The notes under the pieces: model-generated
Database searches by the model: none
What the model saw: the letters and a program-made list of their open reading frames with translations, nothing else
Told to the model about the DNA's origin: nothing
From: Patescibacteria group bacterium
GTDB taxonomy: Bacteria > Patescibacteriota > Patescibacteriia > 2-01-FULL-39-33
Length of the DNA: 64,000 nt
Reading direction: 5' to 3'
Assembly (NCBI GenBank): GCA_041645075.1
Contig: JBAZQS010000002.1
Location: 693-64,692, forward strand
Program-made: the position numbers and the translations under genes
Shown here: in pieces, positions 18,843-28,368 of the stretch
Layout: the number at the start of each line of letters is the position of its first letter
How positions within the stretch are numbered: position 1 is the stretch's first letter

Positions 18843-19472
18843 GTGGCGGCAGGCGGTAAAGATCGATTAGATCGCTTGGATCGAGCGGTCGGCAAATCAT
18901 TCAAGTTGATTTGGGGAAAACTCCAGCGCCTTGATCGCTGGGGCGAAAGACAATGGCGGGAATATAGAAATTTTTGGATTCGCAACATCTGGCACGGCGG
19001 CAGCAAACAGCTGACCAAGCCAAGAACGGGCAACCGATTTTGGGATTTCCTGCAAGGCCGATTTTATGATCTTTGCCGTTTTCTGGATTGGCTGGACACC
19101 ATTAGTTATTTCCGCGGCCGAATTTATCAGGCCAAGGCCTGCCGAGTAAGAAGCAAGGCGGAGAAAAAGATCGCCAATTATTTTACAGATCACGGCGTTA
19201 AATTCCAGTATGAAAAAAGGCTTTACCTCGGCCCAAGGTCATCCCGGCCATTTCGTCCAGATTTTTATCTTAGCGATTATGGTGTTTATGTGGAATACTG
19301 GGGCCTGGCAGACAGTGACCCGGATTACGACAGAAGACATCGTGTCAAGTTGGCTGCATACCATAAGCACAAGATTCCGGTTATTTCGATTTACCCGCGT
19401 CAACTCGGTAACCTGGAAAGAATTTTCCCCCAGCTTTTTCGAGAGATAACGGGCAGGGATTTTCCTGCCTAA
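18843..19472 (+). CDS. PD-(D/E)xK / DUF559-like nuclease-domain protein with Trp/Arg-rich N-terminus
   Basis: RSKAEKKIANYF..QYEK..PDFYL..YVEYWG..Y..K..Y; AAAGGAGG SD before GTG. Confidence 0.75.
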   Translation: MAAGGKDRLDRLDRAVGKSFKLIWGKLQRLDRWGERQWREYRNFWIRNIWHGGSKQLTKPRTGNRFWDFLQGRFYDLCRFLDWLDTISYFRGRIYQAKACRVRSKAEKKIANYFTDHGVKFQYEKRLYLGPRSSRPFRPDFYLSDYGVYVEYWGLADSDPDYDRRHRVKLAAYHKHKIPVISIYPRQLGNLERIFPQLFREITGRDFPA

Positions 19473-19605
19473 AAATCAGATTAACAATGAAAGGAGGATT
19501 TTGAGGGCGAAATAAACCCACCCGCCTGCCCGCTGGCAAGGCAAGTCCGGCTCTCAACTCGTTTGAGAGAAAACCATTCCAATTTTTGTAAACCGGAGGT
19601 ATGTC

Positions 19606-20547
19606 ATGATGAAGGTTCTCGTTACCATTGGCGCCATCATCCTGCTGGTGCTTATCACTCTGCCGTGGTCGCGCGACTACTTCAAACAGAGCCGCAACAA
19701 CGCCAATAACGCGTTTCGCGATCGGGTTAGTATCGAACAGAAAATCGCCGCTGCGAAGGAAGAGCTCGGGAAAGCCCAGGCTTATGTGACCGAGCAGTAT
19801 GCCAAGGCCATCGGGGGCAAACGCATGTTGGCCGAACAAGAAGCGGCTCTGGACGGCAAAAAGGGGGAATTGGGCGTGAAACAGCCCATTTTCCTACGTG
19901 CTTCGGAGTGGATAGAAAAGTACAAGCCAGGCGACACCTTGTCGCTCGGCCCTCAGACCTTTTCTTACGCCGAAGTGTGCACCGACGCTTCCAATCGAGC
20001 TAATGCGATTAAAGACCTGAAAGCCACCGTTAAGATCCTGAGCCAGGGCAGTGACAGGCTGCGCAACACCATCAACGACAGTGAAGCCAACGCCAAAGAA
20101 GCATTGCGTCAGATCGCTAAAAGGGAAGGCGAGCTTCAGGCTCAAGAAATCGCCTTGAGAACCTGGGAAATAATCCAGGCAAATGAGGCCGTGTGTAAAG
20201 GCATTGCCTTTAATGGCAAGATGCCATTTAATACGCGGCATCTCCAGGCGATTGATGAGGCGATGGACAAAATGAAGGCCTCCATAGAAACTTCAGCCTG
20301 GGTTAAGACCAATTCAGGCGGCATTCCTTATGAAGGACCTCAACCATCAAATCAGAATGAGCTGGAAAACATCAAGGCGACTCGCCAGATGATTACCGGC
20401 GTGGTCCCGACTCCGGAAGCGACTTCCGAACCGATGTCGCCGGCCGAAGCGGCCAGCGAAGCGCTTAGCCAGTTGCCCGAATCGGCCCTGAAGCAACCCG
20501 CCAGCAAACCGGCGATTGCCACCCCGGCCGCGACCCCTGTTCATTAA
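19606..20547 (+). CDS. Membrane-anchored coiled-coil protein with Pro/Ala/Thr-rich tail
   Basis: N-terminal hydrophobic anchor, long heptad-like helical body, GGAGGT SD. Confidence 0.75.
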   Translation: MMKVLVTIGAIILLVLITLPWSRDYFKQSRNNANNAFRDRVSIEQKIAAAKEELGKAQAYVTEQYAKAIGGKRMLAEQEAALDGKKGELGVKQPIFLRASEWIEKYKPGDTLSLGPQTFSYAEVCTDASNRANAIKDLKATVKILSQGSDRLRNTINDSEANAKEALRQIAKREGELQAQEIALRTWEIIQANEAVCKGIAFNGKMPFNTRHLQAIDEAMDKMKASIETSAWVKTNSGGIPYEGPQPSNQNELENIKATRQMITGVVPTPEATSEPMSPAEAASEALSQLPESALKQPASKPAIATPAATPVH

Positions 20548-20659
20548 TTCAATCTCGCCAATAAGCCGTAGCTTACAGCCAAACAATGGTTACAACAGGC
20601 AGACATCTCTGCCTCAAGTAAATACCGCATGGGCAGCCCCATGTCTCGTTTGACCTAAG

Positions 20660-20692
20660 CTCCCTTAGAGCGAATGCTTTTAGGAGTTTTTT
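20660..20692 (+). terminator. Intrinsic terminator
   Basis: Imperfect hairpin CTCCCTTAGAGC-gaat-GCTTTTAGGAG followed by T-run. Confidence 0.55.
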
Positions 20693-20764
20693 CCCACGGA
20701 CCAGATTACCTCATCTGTTCAATAAGAAAAAACTCCTTTTTTTATTTTGAGATTCCGCCGAATA

Positions 20765-20793
20765 CCTCGTCCCGACGTAACGTCGGGGCGAGG
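20765..20793. repeat. REP-like palindrome CCCGACGT(N)ACGTCGGG family
   Basis: Related copies at ~49916 and ~63053 (inside the MITE). Confidence 0.65.
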
Positions 20794-20977
20794 ATGAGGC
20801 GGAAGTTTATGATTTAATCTGTGAGCTTTTGCCGATTCGCCAACAGGCGAAAAAGGCAAAAGCGAACACTGATCAAAAGAGGATTCCAAAGGGGCGCCCC
20901 CTTTGGTCGGTGGGCGGGATCTAAATAACCCGCCCACCGAAACCTACTTTATTTTTAGTTTTAGTTAAAATATGAGA

Positions 20978-21006
20978 TTGACAAAGGTTTATTTTAGTCC
21001 TACGAT
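20978..21006 (+). promoter_or_regulatory. Promoter of the vWA-ABC operon
   Basis: TTGACA-17-TACGAT; boxA-like GCACCTTGACAAT at 21017. Confidence 0.65.
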
Positions 21007-21189
21007 ATTATCAGCGGCACCTTGACAATTAAATAAAATAAAGCATTAAATCAGTTAGATATAGCTAAAATTGGAGAAAGGAACGCGGTTTTGTTTGGGC
21101 GGTAAAAATCTCTAAATTAAAGTTTGATTTTTGGTTATCAACCAGATGACTCTTTAATGATACAAAGAACGAAAAAGGAGGAAAGGAAA

Positions 21190-23256
21190 ATGAAGGGTGT
21201 TAAGGGATTCGCGTTTAAAGCTCTGGGAGCTTTAGTTTTGGTTTTTGTCTTGTGCGGTTATTCCTGTAAAGGCAAGGTTAAGCCGGAGTCGCTGTTGACA
21301 CCAAGTTCGGTCGGTCCGGTGGCCATACCCCAAGAGGAAATGCCCAATATGGATAATCCGACCCAATGCCTAACCAATGAGAATGGCATTCGTCAGAAGG
21401 CGATTATTACTCGCCGCGGCGTTTCTTGCAGCCAAGAGCCGGGCGGCGTGGAAGATGGTTTTGATTTGGATTATTTCCATTCTTATTTCGTCTTTGAAAC
21501 CGTAGAGGTAAACGGCATCATTTATTATCGGGTTGGCATTACCCCCCGGCGGGCAAATATTAAGGGCTGGGTGTCCGGCGCCAAAGTCCAATTATGGGAT
21601 ACAGCGATCGGCGCCCGGTACGCGCGTCCGGAAAGTGACGATCCGGAAAAGAAAGTCAGCCAGATTCTGCCCCCGCTTTACGTGTATGGGGAAAAGGAAG
21701 ATTCAATCAAGGCAATTAAAAGCGAGTCGGTTGAACCGATTGCCCAGACCCTCTATGACTACAAGTACAAAACCCAAATGGCTTGGCCCATAACTAAGAA
21801 AGAAGAATTTCCTTTCCAGGGCAAGACCTATGAGGTTTTTCAGATCGCTTTCTTGAGTGAATACCCGCAGGGCGGCGATATTAACGCGCCCCCGCCGGTA
21901 ATTACGCCCACGGTTGTGAGAACGGAAAAGCAGAAACAAGTGAAAGAAGGCGTTAAGACGATTGATGTCGTTTTTGTGATTGACACCACGCTTTCCACGA
22001 CGCCGTATATTGAAGCCGTCAAAGAGACGATCCGGAAAATTATGAACAGCTTGAATGGTATTAGCGCCGGTTCATTTAAACCGGACATCGCTTTCGGGCT
22101 GGTTGAATACCGCGATTTCGTCGACGGGCTTTACTTTAATGATAATGGCGCACAGAAGGTTTATCGGCTGTTCCAATTAACTAAGGATGCCCAGGCGTTT
22201 CTTAACCGCATTAATATTGTTAAGTCCGCTGGCAAATCCAGTGAGGGCTGGCAGGAAGCGGTTCTTGATGGTTTAAAAGCGGGTTTGATGGAAATCAGTT
22301 GGAGCAATGATTATTCGGAAAGGATATTGATTCTGATCGGAGATAATTCCGGCCACTCATCGGATTCGCCGGAAATTAAGACGGGCAGTAAAAGTCCGAA
22401 TAATATTTCGGTTGGCGATATTACCGTTTTAGCCAGTCGTAACCGGGCCACTATTTTTTCTTTGTTGGTTAAAAACCAAGCCGAGGCGGCCGAAGTGGCT
22501 CGTCACCTTAATCAGTTTACCGAGTTTGCGGAAAAAACCGGCGGTAAATGTTTTCCTTTGGAAGTGGTCGGCGAGATGGTTGGTTTGGTTTCTAACCGTA
22601 TTATTGACCCTAAAATCCAGGAAGCGGAAATCGGTACGGAAGTGGTGACGGCTAAACTTCGTGGCAGCTCGGAATCAGCCATTAAGGAAAAAGTCGGCGA
22701 GAAGCAATATGTGGAAGTGATGAAATGGCTTAGCAAGCGCAACATCACTGACCGCGATTTAAAACCGGGGGAAATTTTCTTTTCTACCGGTTGGGTGGTT
22801 TCTGAAGCGGGCGGCGTTAAGATTCTGGCCAAAGAGGCCTATATGGCCCGTTCGGAATTGAATCTGCTTTTGACCAATCTTCAGTCACTCAAAGATTTCT
22901 TAGCCAATCCTAAGGCCTCGGTTTCACTGATTGCCGCTGCATATTTTCCTCGTGTTCGAGAGAATATGCCGAATGTTGTTCGAGAGAATATGCCGAATTT
23001 CCTCGGCGAGGAGATTTCCTTGCCCATGAATGTTTGGCTGCAAATTAAGGGCATTCCCTTGTCCGAATACAGCATCTTGAAATTCAATAAGTCAATATTG
23101 GAACAGATGCCGGAGGAGACCAGGCGGACGATCAAACAACGGATCACGACTCAATGCCTGCCGGCGTTGATGAATGATTATAATGATTTTATCCGCTTTT
23201 CCAATCAGGATGATATAAACAGCTTTGGCTGGGTGAGGGAAAAATACCTGCCCTAA
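21190..23256 (+). CDS. Exported/lipoprotein vWA-domain protein resembling the PpkA/Srf-locus vWA family
   Basis: Signal peptide ending VLCGYSC; DVVFVIDTTLSTTPYI MIDAS-like, FGLVEYRD, EAVLDGL..W..LILIGD; AAGGAGG SD. Confidence 0.8.
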   Translation: MKGVKGFAFKALGALVLVFVLCGYSCKGKVKPESLLTPSSVGPVAIPQEEMPNMDNPTQCLTNENGIRQKAIITRRGVSCSQEPGGVEDGFDLDYFHSYFVFETVEVNGIIYYRVGITPRRANIKGWVSGAKVQLWDTAIGARYARPESDDPEKKVSQILPPLYVYGEKEDSIKAIKSESVEPIAQTLYDYKYKTQMAWPITKKEEFPFQGKTYEVFQIAFLSEYPQGGDINAPPPVITPTVVRTEKQKQVKEGVKTIDVVFVIDTTLSTTPYIEAVKETIRKIMNSLNGISAGSFKPDIAFGLVEYRDFVDGLYFNDNGAQKVYRLFQLTKDAQAFLNRINIVKSAGKSSEGWQEAVLDGLKAGLMEISWSNDYSERILILIGDNSGHSSDSPEIKTGSKSPNNISVGDITVLASRNRATIFSLLVKNQAEAAEVARHLNQFTEFAEKTGGKCFPLEVVGEMVGLVSNRIIDPKIQEAEIGTEVVTAKLRGSSESAIKEKVGEKQYVEVMKWLSKRNITDRDLKPGEIFFSTGWVVSEAGGVKILAKEAYMARSELNLLLTNLQSLKDFLANPKASVSLIAAAYFPRVRENMPNVVRENMPNFLGEEISLPMNVWLQIKGIPLSEYSILKFNKSILEQMPEETRRTIKQRITTQCLPALMNDYNDFIRFSNQDDINSFGWVREKYLP

Positions 23257-23328
23257 GCTGATTAATCCGGGGAAGGCCTCGCAAATAAGCAACCTTCCCC
23301 GGAAACGTAAACTCAAACCAAGAAAAGG

Positions 23329-24114
23329 ATGAAACTCATGGAACCAGTGGTAGAGAGAGAAACAATGAAAAAAAAACTAACATGGTATCCGACTTTTGTC
23401 TTGCAAAACGTTAGTAAATTTTTTACCGTCGGCGGAGAAACAATTAAAGCGGTTGGTAATGCCTCGGTTTCAATTCCTTCTGGATGTATTACTGGGATTA
23501 TAGGCGAAAACGGTTCCGGCAAAACCACTTTATTGCATTTAATGGGCGGGCTCTATAAACCCGACCGTGGCCGGATTTATTACTATCATCCTGAGTACAA
23601 ACGTTATTTCCTCATACCGTATAACAACAAAAAATATATGCAGTATTTTTTGCGCCATCAGGTCGCTTGGATTTTTCAGAAATTAAATCTGATTTCACAT
23701 TTGACGGTTTGGCAAAATATCGTATTGCCGCTTTTCTTGAAAGGACAGTCCTATAAAAAAGAGGAGATTATCAAGCTTTTAAAAATACTGCGCCTGATCG
23801 ATCCGGAAAGAAATATTAATTTAATGAATAAGCGGCCGGAACAGCTTTCCAGCGGCGAGCAGCAGCGCGTAGCCATTGCTCGAGCTTTGGTGGCCAGGCC
23901 GCAGGTGATTTTGGCCGATGAGCCGACCGGCAACCTTGACTTGCGAAACCGCGATGTTTTTATGGAGATTCTTAAAGCGGCAAACCGAGATTACGGTATT
24001 ACAGTCGTTTTAATTACGCAGGAAGTTAGCTTGGTGAAGAAGTACTGCCATGCCTGTATTCTGTGTGAAAAATCCAATCAAGGAAATATTTGCGGTCAGC
24101 TGCAATGGCTTTAA
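23329..24114 (+). CDS. ABC transporter ATP-binding protein (LolD/MacB/TagT-like)
   Basis: [34 protein letters not shown]; H-loop reads ITQE. Confidence 0.92.
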   Translation: MKLMEPVVERETMKKKLTWYPTFVLQNVSKFFTVGGETIKAVGNASVSIPSGCITGIIGENGSGKTTLLHLMGGLYKPDRGRIYYYHPEYKRYFLIPYNNKKYMQYFLRHQVAWIFQKLNLISHLTVWQNIVLPLFLKGQSYKKEEIIKLLKILRLIDPERNINLMNKRPEQLSSGEQQRVAIARALVARPQVILADEPTGNLDLRNRDVFMEILKAANRDYGITVVLITQEVSLVKKYCHACILCEKSNQGNICGQLQWL

Positions 24115-24149
24115 AATCCCACGCAGATTACTAAAGGGAGGTAAGATAA

Positions 24150-27100
24150 ATGAGAGGGTCAGATGATGGTATTTATGTTAGACCAATTAAACCGAAAGAT
24201 CGCGATAAAGAGCCGGGAGCGATTAAAACATTGCGGTATACTATTTCCTATATCCGCTTTAACTTTTTTGCTTTCTTGCTTAATATTTTGACGATTGGCA
24301 TTGCGGGAATTTCGATTATGGCCTTTGGCTATCTGGCTTATGCCGGCTATCAGGAAGCGCGGAGTAAACTGGAAAATAGTCAGACCAAAAAAATTATCGT
24401 CAGCTGTGTGGCTGATGAACGGCTTGATGAGACCAAGCGGTTTAATGCCAAGAAAATTGAAGAAATGAAAAAATTGCCTTGGGTGGTTGTCGCTTTTGAA
24501 CGGGTCTGCCAGAATGTTTATTTAAATATCTCCGGCGGCGACCCAAAATTGTCTTACATTGAAGGCACGATTCCCCATGACCCAGAAATTGACCCATTGT
24601 CAATGGAATGGGGCGGCGGTGTCAGTTCGCAGGACTCGGAAGAAATCGTCGTTACCTCATCGCTTTTAGATGAGCTTATCCGGCCGGCAATGGGGCGCGC
24701 TGGCGAATCAAGGGCTTTGCGACCGGAGGTGATTCGTTTGACGGTCAGAAGAACGGCCGGCAACGAAGAAAAAGATTTCCGCCGCGAGTACCAATTGGTC
24801 GGTGTCTTGAACAGCAAAATCAAGAAGGCCTTTATTCCGTTACGGCAAGCCAAATATCTGGAAATGTGGTGCGGCAGCAAGATTGACGACATGCCCGTGG
24901 TAGGCGGCAAAATTTCTCAACCGGAGATTGAAGTCAAAACCGGCCGCCTGTATGTTTCCAGTAATATCAGCGGAGAGACCCTGGATCAGGCCAAGAAGCA
25001 TTTCCAAATTGACCTAAAAGAAATTTTTTCTTATCGGGAGCCGGTTATCGGCGACATCGGCGAGATGAGAATTTTCCGAAAAGATAATCAGGCATTTTAT
25101 AACGCGGATATCGCCAAATTACAGAGCTTATTGCCAAATGATGTTAATATTTTTTCGGGCAATCAGGTTAAGGCGACATTTCGACTGGAACAGCGTGAAG
25201 TAAAAGGAGCAATCCTGCAGGCATTTTCCCTAAACGATCCACGTTTACGGAATTTAAAAATGATGGACAACAAAGGCATTGATACGGCCATCACCTCTCT
25301 TTACAGCGTGGTTATTTCCAAAGATCTCGCCAGCCGGCATTTGCCTTATGGCCTTGAGTCCCAGCCGGATTTAGTAGTGGAAATCGGACCGTTTCCGGTT
25401 AGCCTGAAAATTGTCGGCGCTTCCGAGGGCTATATTAACGATACGCCTTTTGACGCCTTATGCAGCCTTGATACTTTCAATTGTTTAAATCTGAACGTGG
25501 AATTAAAGAAGTTTTGCTTGGTGGTCATGACCAATCGGGCGACCGCTAAGCGGCTGAAAAACGGCGACTATCCAGTGAAAAAGGGCCAAACAGCCAAGAC
25601 CTTTCCGATTATTGAAAAGAAAATCAAAACTTGGGATTCCGACCCAAGTTCTAAGACGGTTCATTCTGCTGCCGGCGCGGATCGGAGAGATTCGGCCACC
25701 GCCCAAATAAATTCTTCTAACTCGTCTTTTGATGCGGGAGATTATTGCGCGATTGCCGCTCTGGAAGGCGATCGCGGCTCAATCAGTAAATTCATTAAAG
25801 ATCATTTCAACGACCCAAAGGTTGAAGTCATTGAACTCTCGGTTGTTGGCAACTGCAAGGTCTTAAGCGGCGACAAGACCAGAGAAGCAGAAATCGCTTT
25901 TTGCAATCCGGAAGAAATCAGTCATAGTCAATTGCCTTGGGCCTACCGGAGTTATCCTCTGGAAAGTGGCTCTGGTCTGGCAAGCGAAGAGGATTTTCCG
26001 TCGGATTATTCAATTGGGATAGGCGATACCCGCCTTGATTTGGTAAAAATTGACCAGGTCTTTCCGCGCGGGTACATTCTAGTCGGTCAAAAAAAGATGT
26101 CGGTTTTACTTCCCGGTCTGCAGAAACTTGAGGCAAAAAAAAGTACTGACGGAGAATATTTACCCGGCTTCCTTGATGTAACCATTAATAATCCGGTTAG
26201 TTATGAAAACGTGAAAGCGGCGATTGAGGGGCAGGGGCTTATCGTTAAAGAAGTCCGGGTGCCAAAAAACATCCAGGTGACTTGTTACCAATTCAGTTCG
26301 CTTCAGCCAGATGGGAAAATCAGCCGCCAATTAATTTCTTCTTTAAAGGCCGATAGAACATTTCTTGATGTTTGCCCCGAGATTAAAATTGAAGCGGCAA
26401 TCGGCGGCCTGCCACTGGAAAATAAATTTTCTTTTATCGGCAGTTACGTTGATGACCGGATCAAAACAAACATACCGGTTAAACTTGGCGGTTGGCTTAC
26501 CGGCTCGTCGCCTAATGAAGTGATGTTGCCGGAAAAAATGCTGGCAAACACCTCTAAGGATCCGAAAAATTTGATTGGTGAAAGCGTGACTCTGATATTT
26601 GAACGCCAAGTCAAGAGGTCCTACGGCGAGCCAACACTAGACGTTAAATGCGCTGTGGCCGGAATCACCACTGACGATCATGGCTATCTGCCCTTGGATC
26701 TGGTGAAAAGGGCTTACCTCTGGCAAACCGGTCGTCTGCCCTACAACGAGCGCAGTGGCACCTTCGTCAGCTCGGAAAACCTTTACGATAAATCCGGCCA
26801 CGAGTCGTGCAAGATCTACGTCAGAAATATTGCCGACGTTCGGCCGGCCGTTAACTACTTGCGCCAAGACCTTGGCTATGATACGGAAGATTATCTAAAA
26901 GATCAAGAACGAATTCGCGAGCTGGGCCGGATTTTGACTTTCTTGGTGATGATGATTGTTGTTGGCAACGTGATTTCCGGCATTCTTAATGTCGTGATCA
27001 CCACCTTAATGAACACCAAAACCAGGATTTATGAAATCGGCATCTTGCGGGCTCATGGCGCCAGCAATCGGTTGATTAAACGGATTTTTTTCCAACTCGG

Positions 27101-27362
27101 CTTAATGATGGGATTCGCCTCCTTTGCGGTTGCTTTTGCGGCCGCACCGCTGGTAATCGAACTGATCGCTTTTTCAATCAAGAAGGCCTTCTCAGTTGAG
27201 CTGACCAGGATTATGTCGGTCCCGTTTATCAGTTTTGATTACTGGTGGCTGCATTTGCTTGGACTGTTAATTACGGTTTTGTTCTGTGTCTTCGGCGTAT
27301 TTTGGTCAGCGCTTTTGGCCTGCAAAACGCCAATTGTTAAGGCCTTAATTTCCGGAAAATAA
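24150..27362 (+). CDS. FtsX/MacB-type ABC permease with very large extracytoplasmic domain (TagS-like)
   Basis: 1 N-terminal plus 3 C-terminal TM helices, RIYEIGILRAHGAS FtsX motif; GGGAGGT SD. Confidence 0.85.
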   Translation: MRGSDDGIYVRPIKPKDRDKEPGAIKTLRYTISYIRFNFFAFLLNILTIGIAGISIMAFGYLAYAGYQEARSKLENSQTKKIIVSCVADERLDETKRFNAKKIEEMKKLPWVVVAFERVCQNVYLNISGGDPKLSYIEGTIPHDPEIDPLSMEWGGGVSSQDSEEIVVTSSLLDELIRPAMGRAGESRALRPEVIRLTVRRTAGNEEKDFRREYQLVGVLNSKIKKAFIPLRQAKYLEMWCGSKIDDMPVVGGKISQPEIEVKTGRLYVSSNISGETLDQAKKHFQIDLKEIFSYREPVIGDIGEMRIFRKDNQAFYNADIAKLQSLLPNDVNIFSGNQVKATFRLEQREVKGAILQAFSLNDPRLRNLKMMDNKGIDTAITSLYSVVISKDLASRHLPYGLESQPDLVVEIGPFPVSLKIVGASEGYINDTPFDALCSLDTFNCLNLNVELKKFCLVVMTNRATAKRLKNGDYPVKKGQTAKTFPIIEKKIKTWDSDPSSKTVHSAAGADRRDSATAQINSSNSSFDAGDYCAIAALEGDRGSISKFIKDHFNDPKVEVIELSVVGNCKVLSGDKTREAEIAFCNPEEISHSQLPWAYRSYPLESGSGLASEEDFPSDYSIGIGDTRLDLVKIDQVFPRGYILVGQKKMSVLLPGLQKLEAKKSTDGEYLPGFLDVTINNPVSYENVKAAIEGQGLIVKEVRVPKNIQVTCYQFSSLQPDGKISRQLISSLKADRTFLDVCPEIKIEAAIGGLPLENKFSFIGSYVDDRIKTNIPVKLGGWLTGSSPNEVMLPEKMLANTSKDPKNLIGESVTLIFERQVKRSYGEPTLDVKCAVAGITTDDHGYLPLDLVKRAYLWQTGRLPYNERSGTFVSSENLYDKSGHESCKIYVRNIADVRPAVNYLRQDLGYDTEDYLKDQERIRELGRILTFLVMMIVVGNVISGILNVVITTLMNTKTRIYEIGILRAHGASNRLIKRIFFQLGLMMGFASFAVAFAAAPLVIELIAFSIKKAFSVELTRIMSVPFISFDYWWLHLLGLLITVLFCVFGVFWSALLACKTPIVKALISGK

Positions 27363-27374
27363 GGAGGAAGTAAA

Positions 27375-28208
27375 ATGAATCAAGAAGAACATGACCAAAA
27401 CGAAGGATTACCTTCAATTCCAATTAAGACCCCTGAAGCAGAACCCGATCGCGAACCGATTTTGCTTAAACCCATGTTCTCGCCGTTTTTGAGGAAGAGG
27501 CAGAAAAGTTCGTGGTCCGCTTTTCAGATCATCGGTCAGTTGATTATCATCGCCGGTTTTTTCTCGGCGGGCTGGATCGCGCATGATTATCGGTCGCAGC
27601 TGAAACCACTGATTAATAAAATTAATCCGTCGCCCGCGCCAACACCTGAACCGTTTATTGAGTTAAACAAATCGCTGGTTGTGGCCATGCTCTCGGAAAT
27701 CAACGCCGAGCAGAAGCGAGTCAGTGATGATAAATACGGATTGCAAGATAGGATTGACCGGTGCGATTTAACCTGGAAGGTTTTGAGAAATTCCGGTTAC
27801 ACTAAGGATTCAAATGAATGTAAGGGAATCTTCAAAGAAGCCCGGGAGCTTAAGAGGGGTTTGATTCAGAATAATCAACAGCTGGCCAAACTCAATAAAG
27901 CGGCCGATGGCTTGCGCGATGTGCTTCAGGACATTCGTTTGAAGGGCTATGTTATCAATAATCCGAAAACCCAGAAGTTGGTTTCTAATGTTGAGATTGC
28001 TCTGGGCGTCCGCCAGGGTCTTAATGAAGATGGCGGCGGATTAATTTCAGACCGAGATTGGAATGGCGAGGACCCCGACGAATTTATGAAGGGCCTTAAA
28101 AATAGCGGTCTAGAAAAACCGGTTGTCACTCCGTCATCGGTTCCGGTTGCGACCCAGTCGCCGGCTTCAAAAATTCCCGTCGCGGTGCCGATAACCGGGA
28201 ATCAGTAA
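27375..28208 (+). CDS. Single-pass membrane coiled-coil protein with Pro/Ser/Thr tail
   Basis: TM at aa ~50-69, helical body, AAGGAGG SD overlapping the permease stop. Confidence 0.75.
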   Translation: MNQEEHDQNEGLPSIPIKTPEAEPDREPILLKPMFSPFLRKRQKSSWSAFQIIGQLIIIAGFFSAGWIAHDYRSQLKPLINKINPSPAPTPEPFIELNKSLVVAMLSEINAEQKRVSDDKYGLQDRIDRCDLTWKVLRNSGYTKDSNECKGIFKEARELKRGLIQNNQQLAKLNKAADGLRDVLQDIRLKGYVINNPKTQKLVSNVEIALGVRQGLNEDGGGLISDRDWNGEDPDEFMKGLKNSGLEKPVVTPSSVPVATQSPASKIPVAVPITGNQ

Positions 28209-28242
28209 CGTTCTTTTTTGACCGTTCTTTATCAATATCAAC

Positions 28243-28271
28243 AGTCCAGTACTAAAAGTGCTGGACTTTTT
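28243..28271 (+). terminator. Intrinsic terminator ending the vWA operon
   Basis: AGTCCAGTACT-aaa-AGTGCTGGACT followed by T-run. Confidence 0.75.
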
Positions 28272-28287
28272 ATTTATATTTAATGCC

Positions 28288-28316
28288 TTGACAACCAGGG
28301 TAATTAAGCGTAAATT
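28288..28316 (+). promoter_or_regulatory. Sigma70-type promoter
   Basis: TTGACA-17-TAAATT. Confidence 0.6.
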
Positions 28317-28368
28317 GAAATGAAACGAATGGTTTTTTGACAATTAATTATTATCAGGAGGAAGATAA

